From assembly GCF_001194135.2 (NCBI RefSeq), contig NC_068985.1, forward strand, positions 59,121,070-59,161,032: 39,963 bases of DNA. The letters run 5' to 3'. The notes below the pieces were generated by a model. It ran no database searches. It saw only the letters and a program-made list of their open reading frames with translations, and had not been told where the DNA came from. Source of the stretch: Octopus bimaculoides (lineage: Eukaryota). Within the stretch, counting starts at the first letter, position 1, and the number at the start of each line of letters is the position of its first letter. The translations under genes and the position numbers were made by a program. Below, piece after piece: positions 25,993 to 36,230 of the stretch.

Positions 25993-26046
<54 letters not shown>
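25832..26046 (+). mobile_element. tRNA-derived SINE (same family as 9202) with internal deletion and (AAT)n tail
   Basis: AAGGCAGCGAGCTGGCTGAATCGTTAGC head. The central core present in the 9202 copy is missing. (AAT)n tail at 25993-26046; preceded by (TTA)n at 25762-25829. Confidence 0.75.
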
Positions 26047-26099
26047 TAACATTATTATTATTAGCAGCAGCAGCAGCATTTTCTATTATTAAAGTAATC

Positions 26100-26124
26100 A
26101 ACACTAAAATTGTTGTTGTTGCTG

Positions 26125-26156
<32 letters not shown>

Positions 26157-26190
26157 TCTACTACTACTACTTCTACTACTACTACTACTG

Positions 26191-26261
<71 letters not shown>

Positions 26262-26310
26262 TTTACTTTTACTATTACAACTGCAACTGCTGTTATTATT
26301 ATTATTAATA
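26100..26310. repeat. Compound (TTA)n/(CTA)n/(CCA)n microsatellite
   Basis: Read directly. Confidence 0.9.
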
Positions 26311-26797
26311 TCAATATAGAAACCGTTATTACCGTCCTGGTTGTTGTTGATGAAACAGTCTTTATTGTTTCCCATCAAAGAACTGGAAAATCCCCTGTAA
26401 CATTCCAGTATCTCATCTTGCTTTCAGTCACCATCTCAAGAGATCTCCATGTCTTCGTAACAATATGTGTCCTTGTGGTTGATGCCGTTGTTCTTAACAA
26501 TACGATTCCTTCATAAATGAAAACCATTATTGAGATAAAATAGTAAACATTGTTATGTTTACGCTGTATGTTCAGATGACTCACAAATCCACATAACATA
26601 CCACCGTTACTGGCTGAGTAGAGTTTGTCCCAAATTAAGTACCAACAAAATAGCATCATCTTTTCAATTAATAATACCTGTTTTTCCAACTGTCCTCACT
26701 TTATTCTACTATTCTACTATTAAAGCTACATATTAGTATTATTTGATTGTACCACAAATTGTTTTTATTCTTTTCATATCATTAATCAATTCCGTTT

Positions 26798-27471
26798 TAT
26801 ATTTAAGAGATGAGGAATTATGGACGATATCTCAACTTCAATTCCCACCATCTATACAGTGTAAAGAGAGGGATTGCTCTGCCTAAAACATCGAGCAAAG
26901 AATATAAGTGGCGATCGTGATACCCACCACGAAGACATGATCAAGCTAAGTAACAATCTATTTAGTAACAGCTACCCTAAAAACAGACTGTCCAATCCAA
27001 TTGGTCTGTCTACCCTGTGTGAATGGCCTCTCCAAAAAGATACAAACGATATGCGGCCCATATGACATCAGGACAGTATTCAAGAGTAATACAACACTTT
27101 GCAAATATTTCCTTCGAGTAAAAACACCAATAGAAGACAANNNNNNNNNNAAACACCAATAGAAGACAATATGACCAAAGATTGCGTGCACTCCATCCCA
27201 TGGAGCTGTGGTAGGTTATACAAAGGCGAAACATGCCGCTCCTCAAAATAAGGGTAGACGAACATCGCAAAGCTGTGACACGGGGAGATATTGATGAATC
27301 GGGTATAGATGATCATGTATGGAAAAATGGAGACCACATTCCCCTGTGGGATGAAGTTAAAATAATGGATCTAGAACGCCACTGGAAAATACGAAAACTA
27401 AAAGAAGCAGCACATATGCTCCTAAGGAGACCGAGTGCAGATATGAGCAGCATATGGGAACCGGTGTGACT

Positions 27472-27560
<89 letters not shown>

Positions 27561-27636
27561 AAGAAGAAGAAGAAGAAGAAGAAGAAGAAGAAGAAGAAGA
27601 AGAAGAAGNNNNNNNNNNNNNNNNNNNNNNNNNNNN

Positions 27637-27667
<31 letters not shown>

Positions 27668-27810
27668 TCGAAAAATACCTTATGAATGAGAACCCAGGTT
27701 CGAAATTTCCCCAAGACACCTGATGAAGGTTGGAAGGTATACCAGCCGAAATGGTGTGTTAACAGAAAATAAGATGAGGACACATATCCGTCAAAGGTAA
27801 AACTAATATT
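26798..27810 (+). mobile_element. 5'-truncated Penelope/Poseidon-type PLE (thumb + GIY-YIG + microsatellite + hammerhead tail), with an inverted terminal fragment at the 5' junction
   Basis: GRYLNFNSHH..SVKRGI; LPCVNGLSKKIQ..IRTVFKSNTTL; CVHSIPWSCGRLYKGETCR.LKIRVDEHRKA..SGIDDHVW..WDEVKI..RKLKEAAHM. Then (AAT)n(AAG)n(AAC)n and a tail homologous to 140-270. Confidence 0.88.
27715..27760 (+). ncRNA. Second minimal hammerhead motif, probably inactivated
   Basis: GACAC-CUGAUGA-A-GGUUGG-loop-CCAGCC-GAAA-UGGU-GUGUU. Stems I and II are intact, but the invariant U16.1 of the cleavage triplet is G (27754) and the ACGU palindrome is lost. Confidence 0.65.
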
Positions 27811-28477
27811 AACTAATTAACTAATCGGTTGTCTGGTTAATTGTTCGGTCAATCAATCAATCCGTCAATGTACAAAGGCAGAACTGAAGCAGACATGGAA
27901 TAGAGAGGGTATGCCATTTATGAATTCACGCACGGCGACGACAGGACTTTGACAAAATGAGCTTATTGAATGTCTGAGCTGGTAATCAAAAGATTCCACT
28001 ATTAGTAATAAAAGAAATAAAATCACCAGAGATATAAAATCTGCTTCGACAAAAAACTTGTGAACCAAATGCAGAAGAACAAGTAATACGACTATAATTA
28101 TGAATTGGCATAATTGTTAGAGCATGGTAGGAAAATGCCCTCTCAACCATGCACAACGATTTGTTTAAATTATAATATACGGAATACATTGAGGAAAATT
28201 GAAACGAACGAGAAATTATATATATTGCTAATCAAGTATGTGTGTGCATATATGTATATATACCCATATACAGTGTACGAATGGGTAAATTGTCATCATA
28301 TTGTATTTTTTTTTATTTCGTGCATGCGAATTGCTTGTTCTTGATTTTGTCGACTACATAGTATAGTAGGGTCAGTTGGACACCATCTGTGAGAAAATCA
28401 GCACCATGACGCAACTCTACCAGAAATTTGGAAACGACCTGCTCTACTGCTTGACATCCGCGTCGGAAGCTCCAATA

Positions 28478-28798
28478 TGTTGTGGCAAGTGTCACGACAC
28501 CCCCTGCGAGAACAGACTTGACTGAACGACTTTAAATAGTAGCGCTCTGAAGGAGAGAGAATTGGCGTTAATCGCAGGAAGGCGTAAGGTGTCGTTTTTG
28601 TAGTTTGTCGGAATATCGTTTGTTGGTCCGTGAATAGTTCGAGGAGAGTGTGTTGGATTGTTGCTTCATTGTTGCCCTGTTTTGTTATATGTTTATTGTT
28701 ACTACACGGTTATACTTTAAACAAGTATCGTCATTACAATTGGCGATACTGCAACAATTGGCGACAAGTAATTATTGTAATGTATTTACATTACAATA
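28478..28798 (+). repeat. 5' LTR
   Basis: Starts TGTTGTGGCAAG and ends ACAATA. Direct repeat of 31325-31614 at roughly 75-80% identity by eye. The exact right boundary is uncertain (alternatives 28738 or 28756). Confidence 0.8.
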
Positions 28799-28799
28799 T

Positions 28800-28813
28800 T
28801 GGCAGCGAGGATT
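28800..28813 (+). promoter_or_regulatory. Primer-binding site, tRNA-Ser(GCU)-like
   Basis: TGGCAGCGAGGATT versus the canonical Ser(GCU) complement TGGCGACGAGGAT (two adjacent bases swapped), 1 nt after the LTR end. Confidence 0.55.
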
Positions 28814-30386
28814 CGAAGTTCATGCAGATCAGTTAACAGATTTTTCTGATACAAAGTTGTTAATGATGGAAGACATATTAGCTTCTATAATACAGTTGCA
28901 AAATCAGCAGGGAGAACAGCAATAGGAGTTGCAGAAACAATTTCTTCAGCAACAAGAAAAACAAAAACAGTTAATGGAGCTATGTCTTAAAAAGTCCGGA
29001 AACATTATAAATTTGTTTTCGCCAGACGGCGTATCGAACTCTAAAACAGACTTCAGTTAGGACACAGAGGAGGATGTAACGTTTGCAGCGTACATTAGAA
29101 GGCACGAAGAAATTTTCAGGGAAGATTGCAAGTCATGGACGGACAAAGAAAAAGTAAGACTATTATTATGTAACTTAGCACCGGCTAAACTTGAAAAATA
29201 TTGTAATTTCATTCTACCCCAAAAAGCTCATGAAATTTGTTTCCAGGAAACAGTCGAACTAGTATCAGAAATATTCAGTGATAAGAGTTTGATGGGAATG
29301 TTGGAATCTAGTTAAAAGAGAGGATGAAGATTTTGTCATGTATGCCGGGACCGTAAAACGAATGTGCGAAAGGTTTAAGCTAAAGAAACTAACTCCTGAT
29401 ATGTTTAAGTGTCTCGTTTTTGTACAAGGGCTTACGACAGACAAACATGTGGAGATATGTGCAAGAATTCTCACAGAACTTGAACAAGCAGTACAATGTT
29501 TAACCCTGCAGACAGTTGCAGAGCAGTGTCAAAGAATTGCAAACTTACGCCAGGACGTAAAGAAATTTAAAGAGAAGGAGTTCTCACAAGTACAGGCGTG
29601 CCGATCTGGAAAGAATAAAGAAAAAAAATATTGAGACCAAACCCATGCTACAGGTGTGGAGCCCTACATTTCAGGAATGATTGTCCTTTCAAAACGTAAA
29701 AATGTTACAGCTGCCAAAAGGTAGGGAACAAGAGCTCTCACATTGCAGACAAAGTTAAGAAGGTCGAACATGAAAATTTCTAAAATTTTCTCAACGGTAA
29801 GTAGAAGCGACAACGAAAAGAGGAAATGTGTACATGCAAAAGTAAATGAAGTGAATATCAAGTTACAACTAGATACTGATAGCGACATCTTGATTATAAA
29901 AACCGACACATGGATAAGAACTGCGAAACCTACGTTAAGAAAACCATTAAAAATTGCACGAGGCGTGACAGTTGAAAAGCTACATTTCGTAGGCGAAATT
30001 TGGGGTGGTATCACATTTCAGGGAAAACCCGTAGAGCAAAAGTTTTCGTGGTAAAAAATGCAACCAATGTGTTCGATGCGGACAGGCTGGAGCTGTTTGA
30101 TTTACGGGACCTTCCCATAAATCTGTTCTGTAACGTCATTCGGGAACTGCCAGTAAGTGTACAAGATATAAAAGTAAATCAGTGGAGGACAAATACATCA
30201 TAAAATTAAAGTAAACCTTGAACAATAAACAAGAGAAACACGAATGCGAACCATTTTTCACTCTGCAACGATGTATTAATGTACGCCCAAAGAGTGGTAG
30301 TACCAGCTGCACTACAGAAACACATATTACGTGAATTTCATAGTGGACACACAGGGATGTTGAGAATGAATGCTTTGACGAGGATA

Positions 30387-30425
<39 letters not shown>

Positions 30426-31313
30426 CTATATGACAATGAACCGGGACATTGGAAATTTGGTAAAATCATGTAGAGGTTGTGCGCTAGCGGCCAAACCACC
30501 AAGTGGTTAGAAGTATGTAGATGCAGTCAACCTACCTGGAAAGCAAGAATAAGTTTCCTGCACGAAAGTTTTGCTCGATACGGTGTTCCGGACACTTTAA
30601 TAACGGATAAAGGAACACAATCTACAGGATACGAGTTCAAGAAATTCTGCACAATGCATGTAATCAAGCACATGTTTCCCCCGCTCTACCACCCAAGGTC
30701 AAATGAGCAAGCAGAATGATTTGTAGATACTTTCAAGCGAGTGCTAGAAAAATGCAAGGAGTTATGAAATAGCGAAGCGCTATCTAAATTCTTAAGTGTG
30801 TACAGAATAACGCCCAGTCCGAACACCAGTTCAGGTAAGTTGTCTGTAGAGCTAATGTTCACTTGAAAGACTTAATCTATCTTTGACAAACTGTTGCCAT
30901 AACTTGTATAGAGAAAATACATGAACTCAAAATAAATATTTTGATGTTGGAGACAAAGTCCATTTCAAAGTGTACAAGAATGGTAAAGAGAGTTGGCAGG
31001 ATGGTGTAATGACTAAAAGAATTGAAAACATGGTGTATTTAATAAAAGGCCAACGATACCTAAATCTATTAAAAATAAAACATACAGAAGAAAGGAAGGA
31101 AATTCCAATGGAAGTGTTTTATGACATGCTCGATGTGCAAGCACCGAAAGGGATGGAACCTAGAAGAAGGAGTAACAGAAAATGTAAACAGACTGAAAAT
31201 TAAGAAATAATTCCTAAACAGCAGAGGTACTGAGATCCATAGGGGAACAAAAGGCGTTGGACAGAAAGAAAAAATATAAAATAAATGTCATTTCATAAAG
31301 AATTTGAAATCTT

Positions 31314-31323
31314 AAAAGGGGAG
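31314..31323 (+). promoter_or_regulatory. Polypurine tract
   Basis: AAAAGGGGAG, ending one base before the 3' LTR start TGCTGTGGCAAG. Confidence 0.75.
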
Positions 31324-31324
31324 C

Positions 31325-31614
31325 TGCTGTGGCAAGGGTCACGACACATCCTGTGAGAACAGACTTGACCGAACGACTATAAACAGTAGCGGTCTGAGGG
31401 AGAGAGAGTAGGAGTTAATCTTAAGAAGTCGCAAGTTGTCGTTTTGCTAGTTTGTTGGAATATCTTTTGTTGGTTCGTATGTGGTCCATAGAAAGTTGTT
31501 GGAGCGTTACGCTGCTGTTGCCCTAATTCGCTATATGTTTATTGTTACTACACGGTTATAGTGTAAACAAGTATCATCATAACAATTGGCGACAAGTTAC
31601 AATACGTTGCAATA
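31325..31614 (+). repeat. 3' LTR
   Basis: Direct repeat of the 5' LTR, following the PPT. Confidence 0.8.
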
Positions 31615-32246
31615 CAATACTAAGCGCCGGAAGCTCCAATACGAACATGTACCGAGAGTGATAAAAATCTAACATCCAGTTAACATCATGGGGTTTGTGG
31701 TGATTAATTGTGATGGCGACGTTATGCCTCCATTCATCTTCCCACACGGCTTCACACTCAACACGGAGGCCTACATCAAGTGCCTGGAGCAGGTAGTACC
31801 GCCCTGAGTCAGGAGGATGGCTAGGGAAAGACCCTAAGTCTGGCAATAGGAATATGTACCATACAACACAAGCAGGAGAACTCAGTCATGCTTTTCAAAC
31901 AATTTCTGCGACCGCAGAACCCCACCCCTAACATCTCACCACCTAACTCCCCAGACTGCAACCTCATTTGATTATTATGTATGGGGCACAGTCGTGAGAG
32001 AGACCAACAAATCTCCTTGTAACACCAAAGATGAACTCAAGGCAAAGATTATGGAAGAATTCACCAATTTAAACAGGGAGACCGCCCAGAAGAGTTGCAG
32101 GAGATTCCGAAGTCGTCTGGAGGCCGTGCTTTAAGTCAATGGCGATTTTATTGAATAAATTTACTCTTTGCTACTTCAAGATATTTTTGTGCAATTTTGG
32201 TGTATATATATATATATATGTATATATATGTGTATGTGTGTGTGTG

Positions 32247-32284
<38 letters not shown>

Positions 32285-32825
32285 TGTGTGAGTGTGTGTG
32301 TGTGTGTGCGTGTGTGTGCGTGTGTGTGTTAAAATGAGATGTCTGTTATTTTCATTTTTGCGTAATTTAGACAACAGTTTATCCATCGTACCCTGTACAT
32401 ATATGAATACATAAATCGTTGACAAAGGGATCTGGCTGTTATGTCACTACCGGATGTCTGTAGTAGGGGCCAAATTACGTGATCTCGCAGTTCCGGCGTC
32501 TGTAGTCGACTGTGTCATCTGTCAACAATATAAGTACAAATACTTTTTTACACAACAATCCTTTATGCCCCCGACGTAAATTTCACGGTGTTCCTGGTTG
32601 CAACACAACAGTCACATTATGTTCGTGATAGAGATTGCTTTTGAATATGTGTGTGTGTATGTGTGTGTGTGTGTGTGTGTGCGTGTGTGTGTGTATGTGT
32701 GTGTATTCCGTCTAGTCAGTTTTTTCTTCAGAAAATGAAGGATAATGATACATAAGTATACATTGAGTGCATATTTAACAGAAAACCGTAATAATATTTT
32801 AGCATTTATTGACATAATGAATTAT

Positions 32826-33480
32826 TTAGCCACATGAGCGCCATTTTGAAGAATAACTTGGAAAACCGTATTAGTCATGAAATCTGTCACGTTCTTAATA
32901 TCAGCAGGTTGATTGCCTCTTCTGCGGGTTTCATGATCGCCCATAAGACAGGTGTCCATCGGCATAAACATCTTGTTTCACGAGGGACCTTTTTCAGGAG
33001 ATTGCAGTAGGTGCCTGCGTTCACTTTAACCCCTTCAGGCACCCTGAGTGGGATAACAAGACTGTCCCCGATGATATCAGTCTTCAACATGACTCTTCCA
33101 CCCTCTTGTTGACGTCGTAAATGTTGGTAACATTCGTCTCGAAAATAGACCCAACCATTTGGTCAACTAACAGGTTCGTCAAGGGTCACCCAGGTTTCGT
33201 CAGTGAACAGAACACAACTCATCTGAAGTCATGTCCTTTTAGGCACATTGAAGCCTCAAACTCCTGCGAGAAGGCAGTTTCAGGGGTTTTCGTATGGAAG
33301 CCATGGTCCGGAAGATGCGATTTCTGGTGGTTTTCAGTGCATGAGGAAGTCCGGAGGCGGTGAAAATGGCTTCACTTGTTTCTCCAGATTTCTCACGTAA
33401 CTTGCGGCCAATATTCCTTATATCCCTTGCATCACAGTCTTGGAGGTCCCATAATTGGATCGATTCTTCCTTGGCATTCC
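32826..33480 (-). mobile_element. Decayed Tc1-like transposase, TRT (DD37E)-like
   Basis: Minus strand: AIFTASGLP..TTRNRIFR..RKP; VLFTDETWVTLDEP..GWV..LRRQQEGGRVM..IIGD.LV.PLRVPEGVKVNAGTYCNLL; WAIMK; C-terminal ..VILQNGAHVAK*. The middle of the catalytic domain is deleted; TIRs were not found. Confidence 0.75.
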
Positions 33481-34677
33481 TGTAGCTAAATAATTCATTG
33501 TGTCAATAAAAGTTATAATATTATTATGTTTTTTTTTGTTAAATATATACACAATATATGCTTGATATGTATCATACACTTCGTTTTCTGAAAAATGTCT
33601 AGATGTGCAATTTTCATTCAAAAGCTATTAATGTGGTTCATGTAAAAACTGAATAATCTGAAATAAAAAAAATTAAAGGGTGTTACCCAGAGTAATGAAA
33701 ACATAACACTGATGTTGTCATATTGTGCAAACCAGCTGAGAAAAGTTTTATCAAAATCGATTCACAGAAAACCGATAAATCCTAAATATCACTCCAAAGC
33801 TATTAACGTGGTTCTGGGTGTACATAAAAAAAGAAGAAGGACTATATATCGATAGACAAGCTAAAAATTAGCATAGAGGCTCTGGGGACAACTTTCTCCC
33901 TATTAGGACAATAGCGTTGGTAAGACAAAGTGTAGGTAATATATATCCTCAGAATTCATATAAAATTTATAAAACAAGATGGAATGTACATGCTTTAATA
34001 AAAAATCGATTGTTTCCGTTCGTTGGTAACAGCTGTTACTAATTTTTCCATATACTATTCTATATAGATCTTTTCTATCTTGTTGAGATTCTTTGCCATC
34101 AAATTTGATTGCAAAGAATTCATATTTGATGGCAAAGAATTCAAATTTGATGGCGAAAGCTCCAAACTAGATCGAAAACATCTATAAATATTATTATTTA
34201 ATAGATATGATCCATCAGTCGCTATGTACTCACACGTCATCAGGTTAATGGCTTTGAGAGCGAACAATGATGATAATTCTTCTATCATTTATCTTTTGCT
34301 TGTTTACGTCAGTGAACTGCGGCCATGCTGGGCACCGCCTTGAAGAATCATGTGGCCTTGAAGCTTCTTATCACAGCCACACCTATTTTATTTTGTTCCA
34401 TAGTACTATATTGTATTCACTACATATGGGTATAAGTGGTATAGAATTTATTTCAAAATGAAAGTTTACTGAAGTAGCAGCAAATTGAATTTCTCTTTAC
34501 CTGATGTTCATCATTACTATACACTCTGTAAAGAATATTTTTAGCCTACTGTATTAAACCTTGCATTTGCAAAGTACTCCAAACTATTCTACCTGTATAG
34601 ATATATATAAACTGCGCGTATAGGTGTATGACTGCCTACTACGTATATTTCCTATTTAGTACTAGGTATGTTTCATT

Positions 34678-35256
34678 TATGAGGACGTACACCTGTATTT
34701 GTCAGAGTGTTGGGTCTTTCGGGCGCTGGGATAAAATGCGGATGTCAAGTTGACAGAGGTTGCCTTCATGTTGGTCCTTGGCATGTTGGTAGAGTATGGA
34801 GGACTGTTTTTGTCATCATATTGTCTCCAATGGTCATTTAAGTCTTTCCCCAATGCTCCGCGATGTCTCAGCTAGTATGTCATGTTCTTGTCGTTACAAG
34901 TACCTTCTATGCACCTTATTCTGTAGACTACATTTCTCGTTCTTCAGTTAATGCCAGGATTAATCCTATATACTATGCAGTTAATCATTGGTGCACATAG
35001 TATATTCTCAAAGCGGTACGTCCTACATAGTTGTGATCTGGCTGAGCTCCTTGGCTTTTCAACGATCTTAATGGTGCGTTTGACCTCCTTCAGAGCTTTT
35101 CTAAATCTACGGGCTAGTTCTCCATGGGCTTTGGCCTCTATAAACATTATTCCTCGATATTTGTAGGTCTTGTGACACATGTTCACCCTGTTTGCTTTGT
35201 CAGAAACTCTTTGTATTCTATTCCAGGCTTCACTTCTATATATAGGGCAGGTACCA
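34678..35256 (-). mobile_element. Penelope-like element 3' fragment (Cys-rich linker + GIY-YIG)
   Basis: PIYRSEAW..IMFIEAKAHGELARRFRKAL..IKIVEK..RSQL..RNVVYRIRC..(Y)AETSRSIGER..HW..LYQHAKDQH..DIRILSQRPKDPTL*QIQ, with frameshifts. Confidence 0.75.
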
Positions 35257-35689
35257 CTGGTTTCATCACATATAGTGTGTGTATGTATATCTACAAGAAA
35301 AAGGGAAAAAATATTGGGGATACTTATTTTATTTGTGTCACAATATGAACACAGCAAATAGTTTAATACAAATAAAACTTAAATGAGCATACATTAACAT
35401 AAAATAAAATAAAATATGCTTCAATCTGGTCACTATGTAAACAGTACTTCGGAATATTCGAACTATTTTAAGAGTTTTAGATGTAAGAAATAACAAGAAA
35501 GTGCTGACATCTTCAGGGCCATCTCATTCAAAAGGCTAATGCCTACATATTTTTTCTCACAGGAATACAAGTTGTTGGTAAAGAGCTTTCTAGATAACAT
35601 GGATGAAAACTACATATTCACATGTTGAGTATCTACGTAATGTAAACATTAGTTTGTTAGAAAAGTTACAGGGGACGCTGATGGAGTAA

Positions 35690-36230
35690 TACTGGGTGGT
35701 ATTGGCTAATCAAAACTTTCTAAAAACCTATTAGGGAGTTTTAAAAAAAAACAAAGATAGCTATACGTTTAGATGGACATTTTACAACCATTTAAGAGAA
35801 TAGATAGAGGTTTAAGTGTTGAGAGAGACAATGTAATAAGGGTAAGATATTGTGAAGACATTAAGTAAATAGATTGAATTAAAGAAGAAAGATAAGAAAT
35901 ATGGAGGGATGTGAAAAATATTTCTAAATGATACTATAGAGAGAAATAAATTTGCTGTTGGGGTCAATGAAATAAGATTATAGTTAATCGAACGAAGTTG
36001 TAACTAACAGTGATTAGGGATATTTGATAAAAAGTGTATGTGCAGATTTTGATATTTTTAAAGTTATGGCTAAGAAAGAATGTTATGTTGTATAATAAGG
36101 TAATGATGGGGCAGGAATTAAATCAAAGGTTCTCTCCTAAATATTCGTATATCTTTATTTGTTAAGATCAATTGATAGTGGAGGGTATACATGTAAAATA
36201 AAATTTAGAAGTTATGAAGAAAATTTTCCT
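35690..36230 (+). mobile_element. Possible very old L1/Tx1-type RT remnant
   Basis: Faint ordered motif echoes only: NFLKTY (DFxKAYD), LDGHFT..IDRG, CADFDIF (YADD) and GQELN. Spacing is irregular. Confidence 0.22.

Larger units (their letters stand above)
28478..31614 (+). mobile_element. Ty3/Gypsy LTR retrotransposon (Mag/K02A2.6-like), non-autonomous: gag, protease and partial integrase; RT and RNase H deleted
   Basis: Two LTRs, PBS and PPT. Gag from ATG 28863 with two CCHC knuckles (CYRCGALHFRNDC; CYSCQKVG..SHC). Protease LDTDS (29869). Integrase pieces RVVVP..ILREFHSGHTGM..CRGC and FARYGVPDTLITDKGTQ..YHPRSNEQAE*FVDTFKR. CAATA 5-bp TSD candidate at 28473-28477 and 31615-31619. Confidence 0.9.
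28271..32395 (+). mobile_element. maT-like (DD37D) Tc1/mariner transposon, internally deleted, interrupted by a Gypsy element and a microsatellite
   Basis: Imperfect TIRs TA|CAGTGTACGAATGGGTAAATTGTCATC (28271) and GACAACAGTTTATCCATCGTACCCTG|TA (ending 32395), with TA TSD. N-terminus PEIWKRPALLLDIRVGSSN before the insertion. After it: VPRVIK..HPVNIM..DGDVMPPFIFPHG..EAYIKCLEQVV..PPNSPDCN..DYYVWG..CRRFRSRLEAV..NGDFIE*. Confidence 0.82.

Noticed and set aside
26375-26689. 104-aa minus-strand ORF
   Set aside because: It has no recognisable domain or splice signals and grades into degenerate microsatellite sequence.
27121-27170. 19-bp direct repeat AAACACCAATAGAAGACAA inside the PLE ORF
   Set aside because: It flanks a 10-N gap exactly, so it is an unmerged contig overlap (assembly artefact).
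32418-32526. 7-bp inverted ends GTTGACA/TGTCAAC suggesting a small MITE
   Set aside because: The TIR is too short and the flanks (AATC/AATA) are not a clean TSD.
35470-35520. Minus-strand CUGAAGA upstream of the 34678 PLE
   Set aside because: There is no stem II closure followed by GAAA.
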